The translations under genes were made by a program, and so were the position numbers. A DNA stretch of 64,000 nucleotides, from assembly GCA_038087875.1 (NCBI GenBank), contig JAXLNO010005688.1:124001-188000 (forward strand), given 5' to 3'. Under the pieces are notes generated by a model. It was not told the DNA's origin. It did no database searches and saw only the letters and a list, made by a program, of their open reading frames with translations. Below are positions 38,787 through 51,290 of this stretch, one piece after another (position 1 is the first letter of the stretch; each line of letters starts with the position of its first letter). Source of the stretch: Malacoraja senta. Taxonomy: Eukaryota.

Positions 38787-41700
38787 AATAGTAAGATTAA
38801 ACGAGAACTTACCTAAGTTTGAAGTTTGATCTTAATTTTTTGAGGAGTTACGTAGGTGATTACGTGAAGAACCCCGCCAGTGCGCCTGCGCGTCAATCTT
38901 CAAAGCAGCGGTGTGAAATCACAAAAAACAACAACCGAAGTAATTGAGTCTCATAATAAAACGAGTAATACAAGAACTTCCATCTGATCTTTATGATAGA
39001 GGGTAGGGTCGTGGTGGGCACGTAATCACCTACGTAACTCCTCATAAAATAAAGATCAAACTTCAAACTTAGGTAAGTTCTCGTTTAATCTTACTATTTT
39101 ACTTCGGAGTCACGTGAGTGACTACGTGAAGATTTTAAAGCTTTGTGATTTCATGCCGTAGATCAATCCCGGCTTCTCACTGCATTGATTGACTCTGAAC
39201 GAGAATAATCAATCATGCATTCATAATAACATTTGTACCATAAAATGCAGTAATTCATTTCATTAATGAAATTAATCAGATCCCCTTTAAACCAGAGGAA
39301 TTTACACAGAACTTAAAATAGTTTCTGCAAACAATCCCGCATTAACAATAGGCCGATGGTAAAAATGTTGAAACGCAACTCATTGGCCCACCCGGCGGCT
39401 GCGAGGATATTGTCAACGGGGACGTCTTTTGCCCGGCCGCCGACGTTTCTGCTGCCCAAGCCGAGTGAGACGTAAAAACATCAGTGTTAATACCAGCAGC
39501 TGTTAAGACTTCTTTTATCCATCTGAAAATAGTCTGTACTGAAACTCTCTTGTGTGGTTTCTTGTGCGTGATCAACAACCCAGTTTCCGTATTTCTCAAA
39601 TTCTTTGTGACCTCAATGTATTGTAACAAATATGTCTTAACACAGAGACAAGAATATTTTGGATATGCTGCTAGCATAATTTTAAATCCTGTCACACCTG
39701 GCCTACTTTGCTTTAGTAGGTCATGGATATAGAATGTAACCTTGTTTTCAGTTACTTCCATCCTGTCTATTTGTAATTTTCCAAGTGTTTGCACTAATTG
39801 TGCTGTCACTAATGCCCTAAGCATAACTACTTTCATACTGAGCTTGGCCAAAGGTAAAGACACACTTGGTGACCATTCACGAAGTAGTTTCAGTACCACA
39901 CTTACATCCCAGATTGTCATGTACCTAGGTTTCGGTCGTTTGGAATTAAAGATTCCTTTCATTAGTCTGGAAACAATTGGGTGTGACCCAATTTGGTTTC
40001 TTTCCGAATACAGAACCAAATATGAGGACAATGCAATTCTGGCTGAATTAATTGCACTACAACTCAGACCTTCATCATAATAAAGTTTTGACAGAAATTC
40101 TAAACATTTGAAATATCTGCAGTACTATATTGCACATTCTTTTGTACACAGAACTCTTCCCATTCCTTAATTTAAGAAAGGTACTGTCTTTGAGTGCTCG
40201 TCCTCCAGGCTGCCGTAAGCATGCCCACAGTACGCTCAAACAGTCCTCGTCCCAGAAAAGGCATTCTTAAAACCTGCAAATCAACAAATCCAAACGATCA
40301 TATAATGGATGTTGTTCCCCTGTTACAGGGTGCAGCAATAAATTACTCCTTTTTGGGACTATCATCAACATTTCAGTTGTTAATTCTAATATCAACGGAT
40401 ACCATGGCTGTGTAGGCCAATATGGTACTACCAATACACTGCCTGATTTTAAGCAAACATTGGCTTATGAGGCAGAAAGGTGGAAATATATTTGAAAACA
40501 TACCACCCCAATGTAGCGAGAAAGCATCAATCGCCACTGATCCTGGATCTGGTTTCCATGAGACATATCTCGATAGCTGATGATTCAAGTCGATGTCGGG
40601 CATTCCAAATCTGATTACTATATCATTGAATACCTCTTGATTCAACATCCATTCTTTATTATCATGGAACTTTCGTGACATGGTGTCTGCTATCGTGTTC
40701 ATTTTACCTGGTAGATAGATAGCTGAAATCCAAATGTTCTTTTCAATACACCAAGACCAAAGTTGATTTACCATTTTGTCACATGACACCGACTTAATTC
40801 CACCCATATCATTAATATAGGGAACTGCTCTTGCGTTTATTAATTTGAACGAACCTCCTTTTAGTTGTTAGAACAATAAGCTTGGTCCATAGAAACCTCC
40901 TAAAAGCTCCAAGTATGTAATTCCCCATGTCTGCAGTAACAATGACTCTTCCTGATTCCATCTGCCTCCGCAGCTAGATATTACATCAGTTGCACCCCTT
41001 CCTAGTGCACTGGCATCAGTTTGTAAGATCATGGAAGGTTGTTCAATCAGCACTTTGCCGGAACTGCTTGAGACATGTAGAATCCACCACTGCAGATTAG
41101 AAACAGCATTTGTTGTTAGTTGCATGGTTCTATCAAAATTACCAGCATTTACTCTCAGTGTCTGTTCTTTGACTCTCTGCAGCTGTTGATAATGTAATGG
41201 TCGATACTGGACTGCTGGGAATCTACTAATTTTCCCAGTACTCGAGCCACCTGTCTGATTAAGGGTTTTTGCTCGTTTAACAGATTACTGCAATCTTTAA
41301 TCAGCTCCACCCTTTTTTTCACTGGGCAAAGTAATTTTCATTTGGGCTGAATCAATTGTGAACCCCAAATAATCAATCGAGGTACATGTTGTTAACCTTG
41401 ATTTCTTTTGATGAATTTAGAAACCCCATACTTTCAAAAGTTGATTTCATAACTGCAACAGATGCTACTGTTGACTGTTTTGTCCTTCCTATAATCAGGA
41501 CATCATCCAGGTATGACATTGGTACATGCCCCCTGGCTTCTCAGCAACCCCAGAATTGATTTTAACAATTTTGTGAATATTCTGGGAGCGGACGTTAACC
41601 CATTAGGCAGAGCTTTTAACCGCCCTAACTGGTTCATCCATGTAAATTTAAGATACTTCATATCTTCCAAGTGAACAGACACTGAACAAAAGGATTCAGA

Positions 41701-43543
41701 CTTGTCAAGTCTATAATAATCCTACATCCTCCATCCTTTTTGATCGAGGGAATATATTTGACCCAAATTGGTGAATTTGGTAGACTGATTCTTCAATAAC
41801 ACCTTTTATATATAGGGTTTTGAAGCGCAGCTTGAACCTCCATTACTTTGCAAAGTGGAGAGTTCTGCTAGGAACATGCTGGAGAGGCAAATCATAATTT
41901 GGATTGAATTCAATTCGAAATCCTTGTATATTATTCAGAATTACCACATCTGAAGTAATCTTCTTCCAATTGTTATAGAAGAGACGTAATCTGCCTCCAA
42001 CTTTTCGACTTAATCCAGTTAGTATGTTCCCATGAGAACCAGGCGCACCTACCTCCTGAGTCATTTGAGTACTCTGAGATCCCTGGATTCTCCCGGATGC
42101 ACGACCACTGGTTCTTACTCCCGCTGCAGGCCGCCAGCTACGTCCCTGCGTTCATGAGCGACTTGGTCCTGGTCCAGGATCCGTATGACGTCTGAAAGGA
42201 TACTTCCTCTTTACAGACTTTACAACCATTGATGTTTTCATCAATCCTGTTTTCGCTTCAACTTCCAACTCTTTAATACGTCTCCCGAGATCCTCTCCAA
42301 AGCGTAAGTTGGGTAATTGTATATTACTTGGTTTGCAGAGTGCTGCGAATTTCGGATTCATAATAGGCCGTATAGCACCTTCCTCAGACAATTGATCTCG
42401 AAGTGGGTGCTGCATAGCAACCCCAGTGCTTCCTGATGCAACTTCGTCATCTCTTGGCTGTTATCAGCTATTCTGGTAAAAGCAGTTATTCCAGAACCCA
42501 GCAGCTTTAATATTCTCTGCAACTGATTCCATATAATTTGGTTCACTGCTGGTGCTTTCAGCAACCCACAGTTACTTGGGGTCTCCTGCTTTCTTGCAGT
42601 CTCATCCATCTCCTGCTGTTCCAGCTGATGGGAAACCAAGTAATTTATTAAGGAGGCCAGTTCTTCTCCGAATGGCTCTCCTGATCCTGACGGGGCAGCG
42701 AATCTTACTGCCAGGGGTGGAACACCTGGCAGCTGCCGTTCATCGCCTTGTACAGCCTCACCGTCAGAGTCGGGGTCTGAAATCTCATGACCCGTAGCAT
42801 GCTCCTCATCCCTGAGGGTGCATTCCATCAGCCCTGTACCAGGAGCTTTTGAGCTGCTTCCAGCAGCTTGGATTTCAGTACACTCCTCCCTGAGTGAACG
42901 TTGCTCCAACAGCCTATGTAAAAGGCTTTCTATTTGGGCAATACGGTCGAAAGCAGTATCTAGCCCTGTACCAGGAGCTGTTGAGCTGCCTCCAGCAGCT
43001 TGGATTTCAGTACACTCCTCCCTGAGTGAACTTTGCTCCAACAGCCTATGTAAAAGGCTTTCCATTTGGGCAATACGCTCGAAAGCAGTATCTAGCCCTG
43101 GAGGTACTTCCATTGCCTGGGACTCCCTCCGTGGTCCGTCGGGATTTAAACTTCGCCTTTCGCCCGACAGGCGCTGAATGTGTTTTAATCAGCCCCAGGT
43201 CCACAGTCGCTATGCTCACCGCTGGCGACTGTACCGGGGTTTAGAGGCGGTTGGTCTCTAACCGCAGACTCCCGACTTTCCCGACTTTTTGTCGGCTGAG
43301 TCGCTCGCCTCTCCCCCCTGCCCGTTTTTTCCATGGCGTCTGAGGAAAAAATCCCCACAGACCCACAGTAAACGGAATGGAAAATTTGAAAAAAGTTTTT
43401 ACTTACCTTGTAGTTGAAAAACTACAAACCACTAGAGGAGCTCTGCTCCTCACGTCCGTTTGCGTCAAGGCGTCTGACTTAATGACGCGCACGCGCACTG
43501 CGGGGTTCTTCACGTAGTCACTCACGTGACTCCGAAGTAAAAT
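38787..43543 (-). mobile_element. DIRS1-type tyrosine-recombinase retrotransposon, full length, decayed (copy A)
   Basis: Inverted terminal repeats plus an internal complementary region (about 39020-39132). Contains a gag-like ORF1, RT (SYLDD), RNase H, a methyltransferase-like domain (DAFS..W..FPPF) and YR fragments with catalytic Arg codons mutated (AQL, HSAW). Many frameshifts. Confidence 0.93.
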
Positions 43544-44282
43544 TGGCTGTGCGTGTGTGTGTGTGTGTGAGAACTACTCTCGGACAAGTGTTGTGTGTGT
43601 TTTGTGTTACGCCTGCGTGCCGGATGATTTCGAGTTACAGTCCGGATCCGGCCCATGGGCCGTAGGTTCCCAACCCCAAATTTAACACATACTATTAAAT
43701 CACAAAGAAGGATGGGACAGACAGACTGTTGGCGAGGCAGCCATTGCTGGCGCCACCCAGTGGTTGGGTTGGTTAGTTAGTTTGCAGGCGCCACCAACAT
43801 TGATGGAGTTGCGAACAGTGAAGAAGGCTGTAGTGTACAATGGCAAATATATCAGATACAGAAATGGGCAGAAAAATTGCAAATGGAGTTCATTTTGAGC
43901 AAGAATGTTACACTTTGAGTGGTCGAATGTAAAGGAAAAGTATACAGTTAATGGCAAGACCCTTAACAGCATTAATCTACAGAGAGATCTTGGGGTTGAA
44001 TCTTGAGTTTCTAGAGACAAGAAATCATAATACAGTTTTATAGGGCTCGGTAGTCCACATTTGGAGTATTATGTGCAGTTATTGTTGACCCATTACATAA
44101 AGGATGTAGAGGCATTGGAAAGGGTGCAGAGGTTTACAAGAATGATGTCTTGACTAGGGTGTGTTGGCTACATGAAACAAATGGACAGACATGGATTGCT
44201 TCCGCTACAATGCCGGAGTGTGATGGGCCACCTGATAGAAGTACATAAGCAGGGAGGTATAGATAGGATAGTCAGAACTGGG

Positions 44283-44605
44283 CCAGTCACTGTGGCGCAG
44301 CGGTAGAGTTGCTGCTTTACAGCGCTTGCAGCGTGGGTGACCCAGGTTCGATCCCGACCACAGATGCTGTATGTATGGAGTTTGTACGTTCTCCATGACA
44401 GCATGGGTTTTCTTCGAGATCTTCGGCTTCCTCCCACACTCCAAAGATGTACAGGTATGTCATTAATTGGCTTGGTGTATGTGTAAATCGTCCCTAGTGT
44501 GTGTGGGGTAGTGCTAATGCCCAGGGATCACTAGTCGGTGCGGACTCGGTGGGCCGAAGGGCCTGTTTCCACGCTGTATCTCTGAACTAAAATAAACTAA
44601 ACTTA
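44283..44605 (+). mobile_element. V-SINE (HE1-like)
   Basis: Head, V-domain and tail ggactcggtgggccgaagggcctgtttcc..aactaaa. Confidence 0.85.
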
Positions 44606-47118
44606 ACATGGATGGAAGCATTGAATACAAGAGGGCATAGCTTTAAGATGAATGTTTAAAGGAAATGTGCAGGGCATGTTTTTTCACAGACAGTGATGAA
44701 TGCCTTGATGACACTGTCTGAGGTGTGTTTAATGCTGCAGGTAAATATATTGTCTTGCCTTCAGAGGTGTTGGATCAAAATCTTGCAAACCCCTCCAAAA
44801 CGTCTGTAACAGTGAAGTTTCTGCCTCATCTCAGTCCTTGCGAGGAATCTCACACCTAAGCAATAAATTCAGGGTCATCCAGCTTGCAAACACTGATGGA
44901 AACAAGCCAATTACCATTTGGTGTAACATTAAATTCACAGTTAAATATTAACAGAAAATAAATATATCAGTACCTCAAGAAAGTTGATGTTTCACGCTGA
45001 ATGGGGTGTGGGAATTAGATGACTCGGGAATGGAATTTAGTTTTGTCTGAATATTTAATGTACCTAGTAAATACACTTAAGATATCAGCAATCAAGTAAT
45101 TATTATGTGTTTTCACAATCACCACAATAGATCAGTACAGCACACGAACAGGCCCTTTGGCCCGCAATGTCTGTGTTGAACATGATGCCAAGACCAACTC
45201 CTATCTGCCTGCACATATTATACCTCCATTCCCTGCACATCCTACAACAATAAGGGCAACATGGTGATGCACCACTGGAGTTGCTGCCTTAAATGCCAGA
45301 CAGCCAGGTTTGATCTTGACTATGGGTATGTAGGTTAATTGGGTTGGTAAAAATGTAAACCTGTTCCAAGTGTGTGTAGGATAGTGTTAGTGTGTGGGAA
45401 TTGGTGTGGACCCTGTTTACGCACTGTATCTCAAAACTATATAAACTAAATGTGCTAACCAGTCAGTGGAAAGACAATACATGATTACAATCGAGCCATC
45501 CATAGTGTACAGATATATGATCAAGGGAATAACGTGAATAACGTTTGGTGCAAGATAATGGCAGTAAAGTCCGATCAAAGATTGTCCGAGGATCTCCAAT
45601 GCAGGAGACAGTAGTTCAGGACTGCACCCTTGTTGTAGGTAGGATGGTTTCAGTTGCCTGATAACAATTGGGAAGAGACTGTCCCTGAATGTGGAGGTGT
45701 GAATTTTCACATTTGGTTATATGAAGAGTAAAGTTGTTATTCCGTTCTGATGAGCATTTGACGGCACTAGGCCTCTACTCGCTGGAGTTTAGAAGGATGA
45801 GGGAGATCTCATTGAAACTTACCAAATAGTGAAAGTCCTGGATAGTTGAGAGGATGTTGAAAGGATGTTTCCACTAGTGGGAGCATCTCAGCAGAGGGCA
45901 AAGCCTCACAATTAAAGTACACTCCTTTAGAATGGAGATGAGGAGGAATTTCTTTATTCAGAGGGTGGTGAATCTGTGGAATTCTGCCACTGAAGGCTGT
46001 GGAAGGCTGTCAATGGATATTTTTTTAAGGCAGAGATAGATAAATTCTTGAATAGTACGGGTGTCATGGATTATGGGGCGAAGGCAGGAAATGTGGTTTG
46101 GAGGATAGGATAGATCAGCCATGATAGATGGGACGAATGGCCTAATTCTGTTCCTATCACTTATGATCTTATGAACATGATTGAGTAAATAGCTGTCTGT
46201 AGTATTAACAATGACAAAAACAAGTATATAGCTTGCTAACGTCTTGGTAAAACTCATTCAAAAGTATTTTATTAAATGCATATAATTCAGAAATGACACT
46301 GGTGGATATACAATGAAATTCTCGGTCTGTTGCACATAAACACTTCCACAGCTATTACACCACAGCTTTGATAATGAGTATTGTTCCCAGTGCTCTGTAG
46401 GGTTAAGAAAACACAGCCCCCATACGTTACCGTGTTCCATAAATATTCACAGGACATGATACTGGGATGTTGTCTATGTGGAGTTTGCATGTTCTCCCTG
46501 TGACCACGTGGGATTTCTCCCGCTGCTCCGGTTTCCTCGCACATCTCAATGATGTGCAGGTATGTAGGTGAGTTGGCCCTTGTAAAATTGCCCTAGTGTA
46601 TCGAAAGAGGATGTGAAAGAAGGATAACATAGAACTGGTGTGCAGGATGGTTGGTATCAACACGAGGAGCTGAAGGCTCTGCATCCATGCTGTATAACTC
46701 AATTAAACTAAGCAATATTATGTAAGCTGTGGTGTAGAGCGTGGTTCGTATTGAAAACAAAGATCGTTGTTGACTTGCCCATCAAATACTTGCACTGAGT
46801 GAAGCAGTAAATGCAAAGGCAATTACTTCTCCACTACACCATTATTATGTGTGAAATGTTTTAAATTTCATGAGCGATGCTCCGGTATTCCCTGGGAAAC
46901 GTCTTTTCATTTTGCAATGTACAACTGTTGCTTGCAAGAAGACAATAAAGGTTGATTTGATTTGATTTGATCAGGTATGTGAACAAGGAATGCAGGTTAC
47001 AATATGTGACAAAGAGAAGTGGCAAAATAACTAGGAACGAACTGCAGATGCAGGTTTAAACCGAAGATAGGCTCAAAAAGCTGGAGTAACTCAGCGGGTC
47101 AAACAGCATTTCTGGAGT

Positions 47119-47146
47119 CTGAAGAAGGGTCTCGACCCGAAATGTC
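47119..47146 (+). ncRNA. Hammerhead-ribozyme-like motif in a Penelope pLTR (best-preserved copy)
   Basis: CTGAAGA-A-GGGT-CTCG-ACCC-GAAA-TGTC: CUGANGA core, stem II, GAAA and a GUC triplet. The copy consensus appears to be GAAACGTC. Confidence 0.5.
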
Positions 47147-47647
47147 ACCTATGTCTTGTATCCAGAGATGCTCTCTGATCCGGTGAGTTTCTCCATCTTT
47201 TTGTGTCTATCTCTGGCAAGATATGTATATGATGTTTCAGAGGCTTTTAGATTGACTGATCTGCAGGGAATAGAGGGATATGGATCATGTTGCAGTTGGA
47301 TGGGATCAGTTTAGCATCTCATCATGTTCACCACAGACATTGTAGGCCAAAGGGCCTCTTCCTGAGATGAACATTTGTATGTTTTATATAAAATAACATT
47401 AGTAATCAGCTGTAAGCCCCCTTGAACAGGATGCATCATTCAATAACATTATGTCCAATCTGATTTTGATCAGTTTACTGCATTATTCCTGCTACCTTTG
47501 ATTCATTTCTGATCTAAAACTCTCTATATCGCAACCTGGAAAATACTCATGCACCTTGTCTCTACAGCTGGAATAGAAAGTTCAGGCATATCATACACCT
47601 CCTGGAAAATAAACCTTCGTAGCTATTTTAAAGAAGAACCTGGCAAG

Positions 47648-47815
47648 GGAGGACTGCCGAGAACAAAGAGGGTCTCGGGGTTGGGGCGGGGCTGATAATA
47701 CAGGTGAACCCAACATGGAGCGGCTGCCGAGAACAAAGAGGGTCCCGGGGTTGGAGGGCCGTTGATAACACAGGTGAACCCAACATGGAGGGACTGCCGA
47801 GAACAAAGAGGGACC
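47648..47815. repeat. 70-bp tandem repeat (about 2.4 copies)
   Basis: ctgccgagaacaaagaggg recurs at 47654, 47724 and 47794. Confidence 0.85.
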
Positions 47816-48119
47816 ATTGGGGACTGTAATGATTATTTGTAACGGTGTCGCCACCCTAAACATGGTGACTCTTTGTATACCTTGTGTATATTATGCAAAG
47901 CAAAGAATTTCACTGTGACATGTCACATGTGGTAACAAAGTATCAATCAATCAAATGGGCGACCTTTTATTCCAAAATGTGGTGCAATGAATGAGTTAGG
48001 AATCACAGGGTAACTGCTCTAAGACAGCACTTAAAAAATTAATGGCAGAATGTAAAGCCATCAGTCAGCATTGATCTAATGAAGAGCATAGCACATAGAA
48101 CAGTACAGCACAAGAACAG

Positions 48120-49500
48120 GTCATTTTAAAAAGGGAGGGAGAGAGAAAACGGGGAATTACAGAGCAGTTAGTCTAACATCGGTAGTGGGGTAACTGCTAG
48201 AATCAGTTATGAAAGATGGGATAACAGCACATTTGGAAAGTGGTGAAATCATTGGACAAAGTCAGCATGGATTTATGAAAGGTAAATCATGTCTGACGAA
48301 TCTTATAGAATTTTTCGAGCATGTAAGTAGTAGAGTGGATAAGGGAGAACCAGTGGATGTGTTATATCTGGACTTTCAGAATGCTTTCGACAATGTCCCA
48401 CATAAGAGATTAGTATGTAAAATTAAAGCACACGGTTTTGGGGGTTCAGTATTCATGTGGATAGAGAACTGGCTGGCAGACAGGAAGCAAAGAGTAGGAG
48501 TAAACGGGTCCTTTTCAGAATGGCAGGCAGTGACTAGTGGGGTACTGCAAGGCTCAGTGCTGGGACCCCAGCTATTTACAATATATATTAATGATCTGGA
48601 CGAGGGAATTGAATGCAACATCTCCATGTTTGTGGATGACACGAAGCTGTGGGGCCGTGTTAGCTGTGAGGAGAATGCTAGGAGGCTGCAAGGTGACTTG
48701 GATAGGTTGGGTGAGTGGGCAAATGCATGACTGGTGCAGTATAATGTGAATAAATGTCAGGTTCTCCACTTTGGTGGTAAAAACAGGAAAGTAGACTATT
48801 ATCTGAATGGTGGCCGATTAGGAAAAAGGGAGATGCAACAAGACCTGGGTGTCATGGTACACCAGTCATTGAAAGTATGAATGCAGGTGCAGCAGCAGTG
48901 AATAAAGCGAATGGTATGTTAGCATTCATAGAAAAAGGATTTGAGTATAAGAGCAGTGAGGTTCTACTGCAGTTGTACAGGGTCTTGGTGAGACCACACC
49001 TGGATTATTGCGTACAGTTTTGGTCTCCTAATCTGAGGAAATACATTCTTGCCATAGAGGGAGTACAGTGAAGGTTCACCAGACTGATTCCTGGGATGTC
49101 AGGACTTTCATATGAAGAAAGACTTTAGAAGATTGAGGGTGGATCTTATAGAAACTTACAAAATTCTTAAGGGGTTGGACAGGCTAGATGCAGGAAGATT
49201 GTTCCCGATGTTGGGGAAGTCCAGAACAAGAGGTCCAGTTTAAGGATAAGGGGGGAAGTCTTTTAGGACCGAGATGAGAAAATCATTTTTCCCACAGAGA
49301 GTGGTGAATCTGTGGAATTCTCTGCCACAGAAGGTTGTTGAGGCCAGTTCATTGGCTATATTTAAGAGGGAGTTAGATGTGGCCCATGTGGCTAAAATGA
49401 TCAGGGGTATGGAGAAAAGGCAGGTACAGGATACTGAGTTGAATGATCAGCCCAAAGGGCCGAATGGCCTACTCATGCACCTATTTTCTATGTTTCTATG
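48120..49500 (+). mobile_element. CR1 LINE 3' fragment
   Basis: QHGFMKGKSCLTNL, YLDFQ.AFD.VPH, GVLQGSVLGP, FVDDTKL; CR1-type 3' UTR. Confidence 0.92.
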
Positions 49501-49779
49501 TTTGATCGACAATGTTTGTGCCGAACATGATGTCAAGACCAATTGTTATCTGCTTGCACGTAATCCATATCCATCCATTCCCTGCATATTCATGTGCCTA
49601 TCTAAAAGTCACTTCAATGCCACTATCATATCTGCTTCCACCTCCACCCCCGGCAGCACATTCCAAATACTCACCACCCTTGGCGTAAAACACTTGTCCT
49701 GCACATATTTTTCAAACTTTGCCACTCATTGTAAAGCTGTACCTGTTCTTATTTTATATGGGTAAAAAGTCTGATGGTC

Positions 49780-49940
49780 TACCCTATCTCTACTCCTCAC
49801 AGTTTGATATATTACTGTCAGGTCTCCCCTCGATCCCCGACATTCCAGAGAAAACAATCCAAGTCAGTCCAACTTCTCCCTGTGGCTAATACCCCACTAA
49901 TCCAGGCATCTTTCCGGTGGACCTCCTCTGCATCCCAAAG
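49780..49940 (-). mobile_element. CR1 fragment overlapping the end of the gene A reading frame
   Basis: Minus strand gcagaggaggtccacc..cctggattag..ttggattgttttctctgga..ggggagacctgac resembles the CR1 VQRRFTRM.PGL..LGLFSLE..RGDL region seen in the other copies here. Confidence 0.75.
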
Positions 49941-50129
49941 GAAGCTGATTGTGCTTCATGGTCCTCTCCTGGTCTCTGCTGTTGCCAGCTGGTCCCTGTT
50001 CATTGAGAATTGTTCTCCTTTTCCTCATCTTCCTGCAATCAATTCCAAGGATGATCCCCAGGAGAATGAGAGGAACGATTACAGCTCCAGTCACGATCCT
50101 AATCTTTATATCTTCTTTCGCTGTCCTCT
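49897..50129 (-). CDS. MHC class I-like gene A, transmembrane + cytoplasmic terminal exon
   Basis: caacag| phase-1 acceptor. Translates ERTAKEDIKIR-IVTGAVIVPLILLGIILGI-DCRKMRKRR, then about 40 aa to TAG at 49897-49899: a hydrophobic span with a basic stop-transfer. Confidence 0.75.
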
Positions 50130-50564
50130 CTGTTGGCATATATAGTGCATTTTATCCATTTATTGATCAATAACATTGTAATGATTTTATTATCTAAATT
50201 AAACTAGCACTGTTCACATATAATTACAAAGTAATAACGTTTTAGGTTTATGTATTTATACAGAGGATAGATGTGCTTAAAATGATCAATGAAAAATCAT
50301 TAAGTGCATATTAGCATTGAGGCGTTGAGATTTTATCTGCAGCATTTAATTAAGAATTTAAAGAATCAAGTACGTCAGAAATAGATGACTATTTGCATGT
50401 AGAGGTCAACAAGGCTATTTTCTTATGTTGACGATTGTTATTATAGCAAATAAGTGAACCCATTTATAGTTGATAAAACTTCAAAGATTTTAAACTTTGC
50501 TGATATTTCAATGATATCTGAGTTTAATTTTCTCACATACACACACGCTCTTTATTCCCCCCTC

Positions 50565-50583
50565 TCTCTCACACACGCACACA

Positions 50584-50625
<42 letters not shown>
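50565..50625. repeat. (CA)n microsatellite
   Basis: Direct inspection. Confidence 0.9.
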
Positions 50626-50626
<1 letters not shown>

Positions 50627-50652
50627 CTCTCCCTCTGTCTATTTGTACTGAC

Positions 50653-50727
50653 CAGCAATTTTAACCATGTCAGCTTGGCCCTGGTGTGAAGATCTTTGCA
50701 GAGGTCTTGTCTGGAACAATAAGCCAG
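50653..50727 (-). CDS. Possible connecting-peptide exon of class I gene A
   Basis: ttttgtag| and G|GTCAGT bound a 75-bp, stop-free, phase 1-1 segment (AGLLFQTRPLQRSSHQGQADMVKIA) between alpha3 and TM. No homology support. Confidence 0.3.
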
Positions 50728-51290
50728 CTACAAAACAGGTGCTGCTACTTCAGACTGATAATGGGGTCGGTTATGGCACCACTATTGGTCTTTTGTGTAA
50801 CTAGCTACTATCAGAAAATTAGCTAGATGCCCAAGGAAGAAGATAAGAGACCTTGTCCAGGATCAGCCTATCTTGCTTCCACTGTTCCTACATTTGGATG
50901 AGTGAGTTAAGAGTGACATAAGAATAATTTTGACCATAAGATATTGGAGCGGAAGTAGGCCTTTCAAATCCATTGAGTCTACTCCACCATTCAGTCATGG
51001 CAGATCTATTTTTTACCGCTAAATCTCATTCTCCAGCCTTCTCCCTGTAACCTTTGTCACCCGTACTCATCAAGAACCTATCAATCTCTGCTTGAAAAAT
51101 ATGCAATGGCTTGACCCACACAGCTGTCTGTATCAATGAATTCCACAGATTCACCACCCTGTGACTAAAGAGATTCCTCCTCATCTCCATATTGAAGGTA
51201 GGTATTTTTATTGTGTGGCTGTGCTAGACTCTCCCATTACTGAAAACATCCTGTCCCATCAACTAACCAGGCATTTCATTATCTGTTAGG

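Noticed and set aside
44860-44900. Minus-strand KLDDPEFIA resembling alpha1 motifs
   Set aside because: The motif order is wrong, it is flanked by stops, and there are no splice sites; chance.
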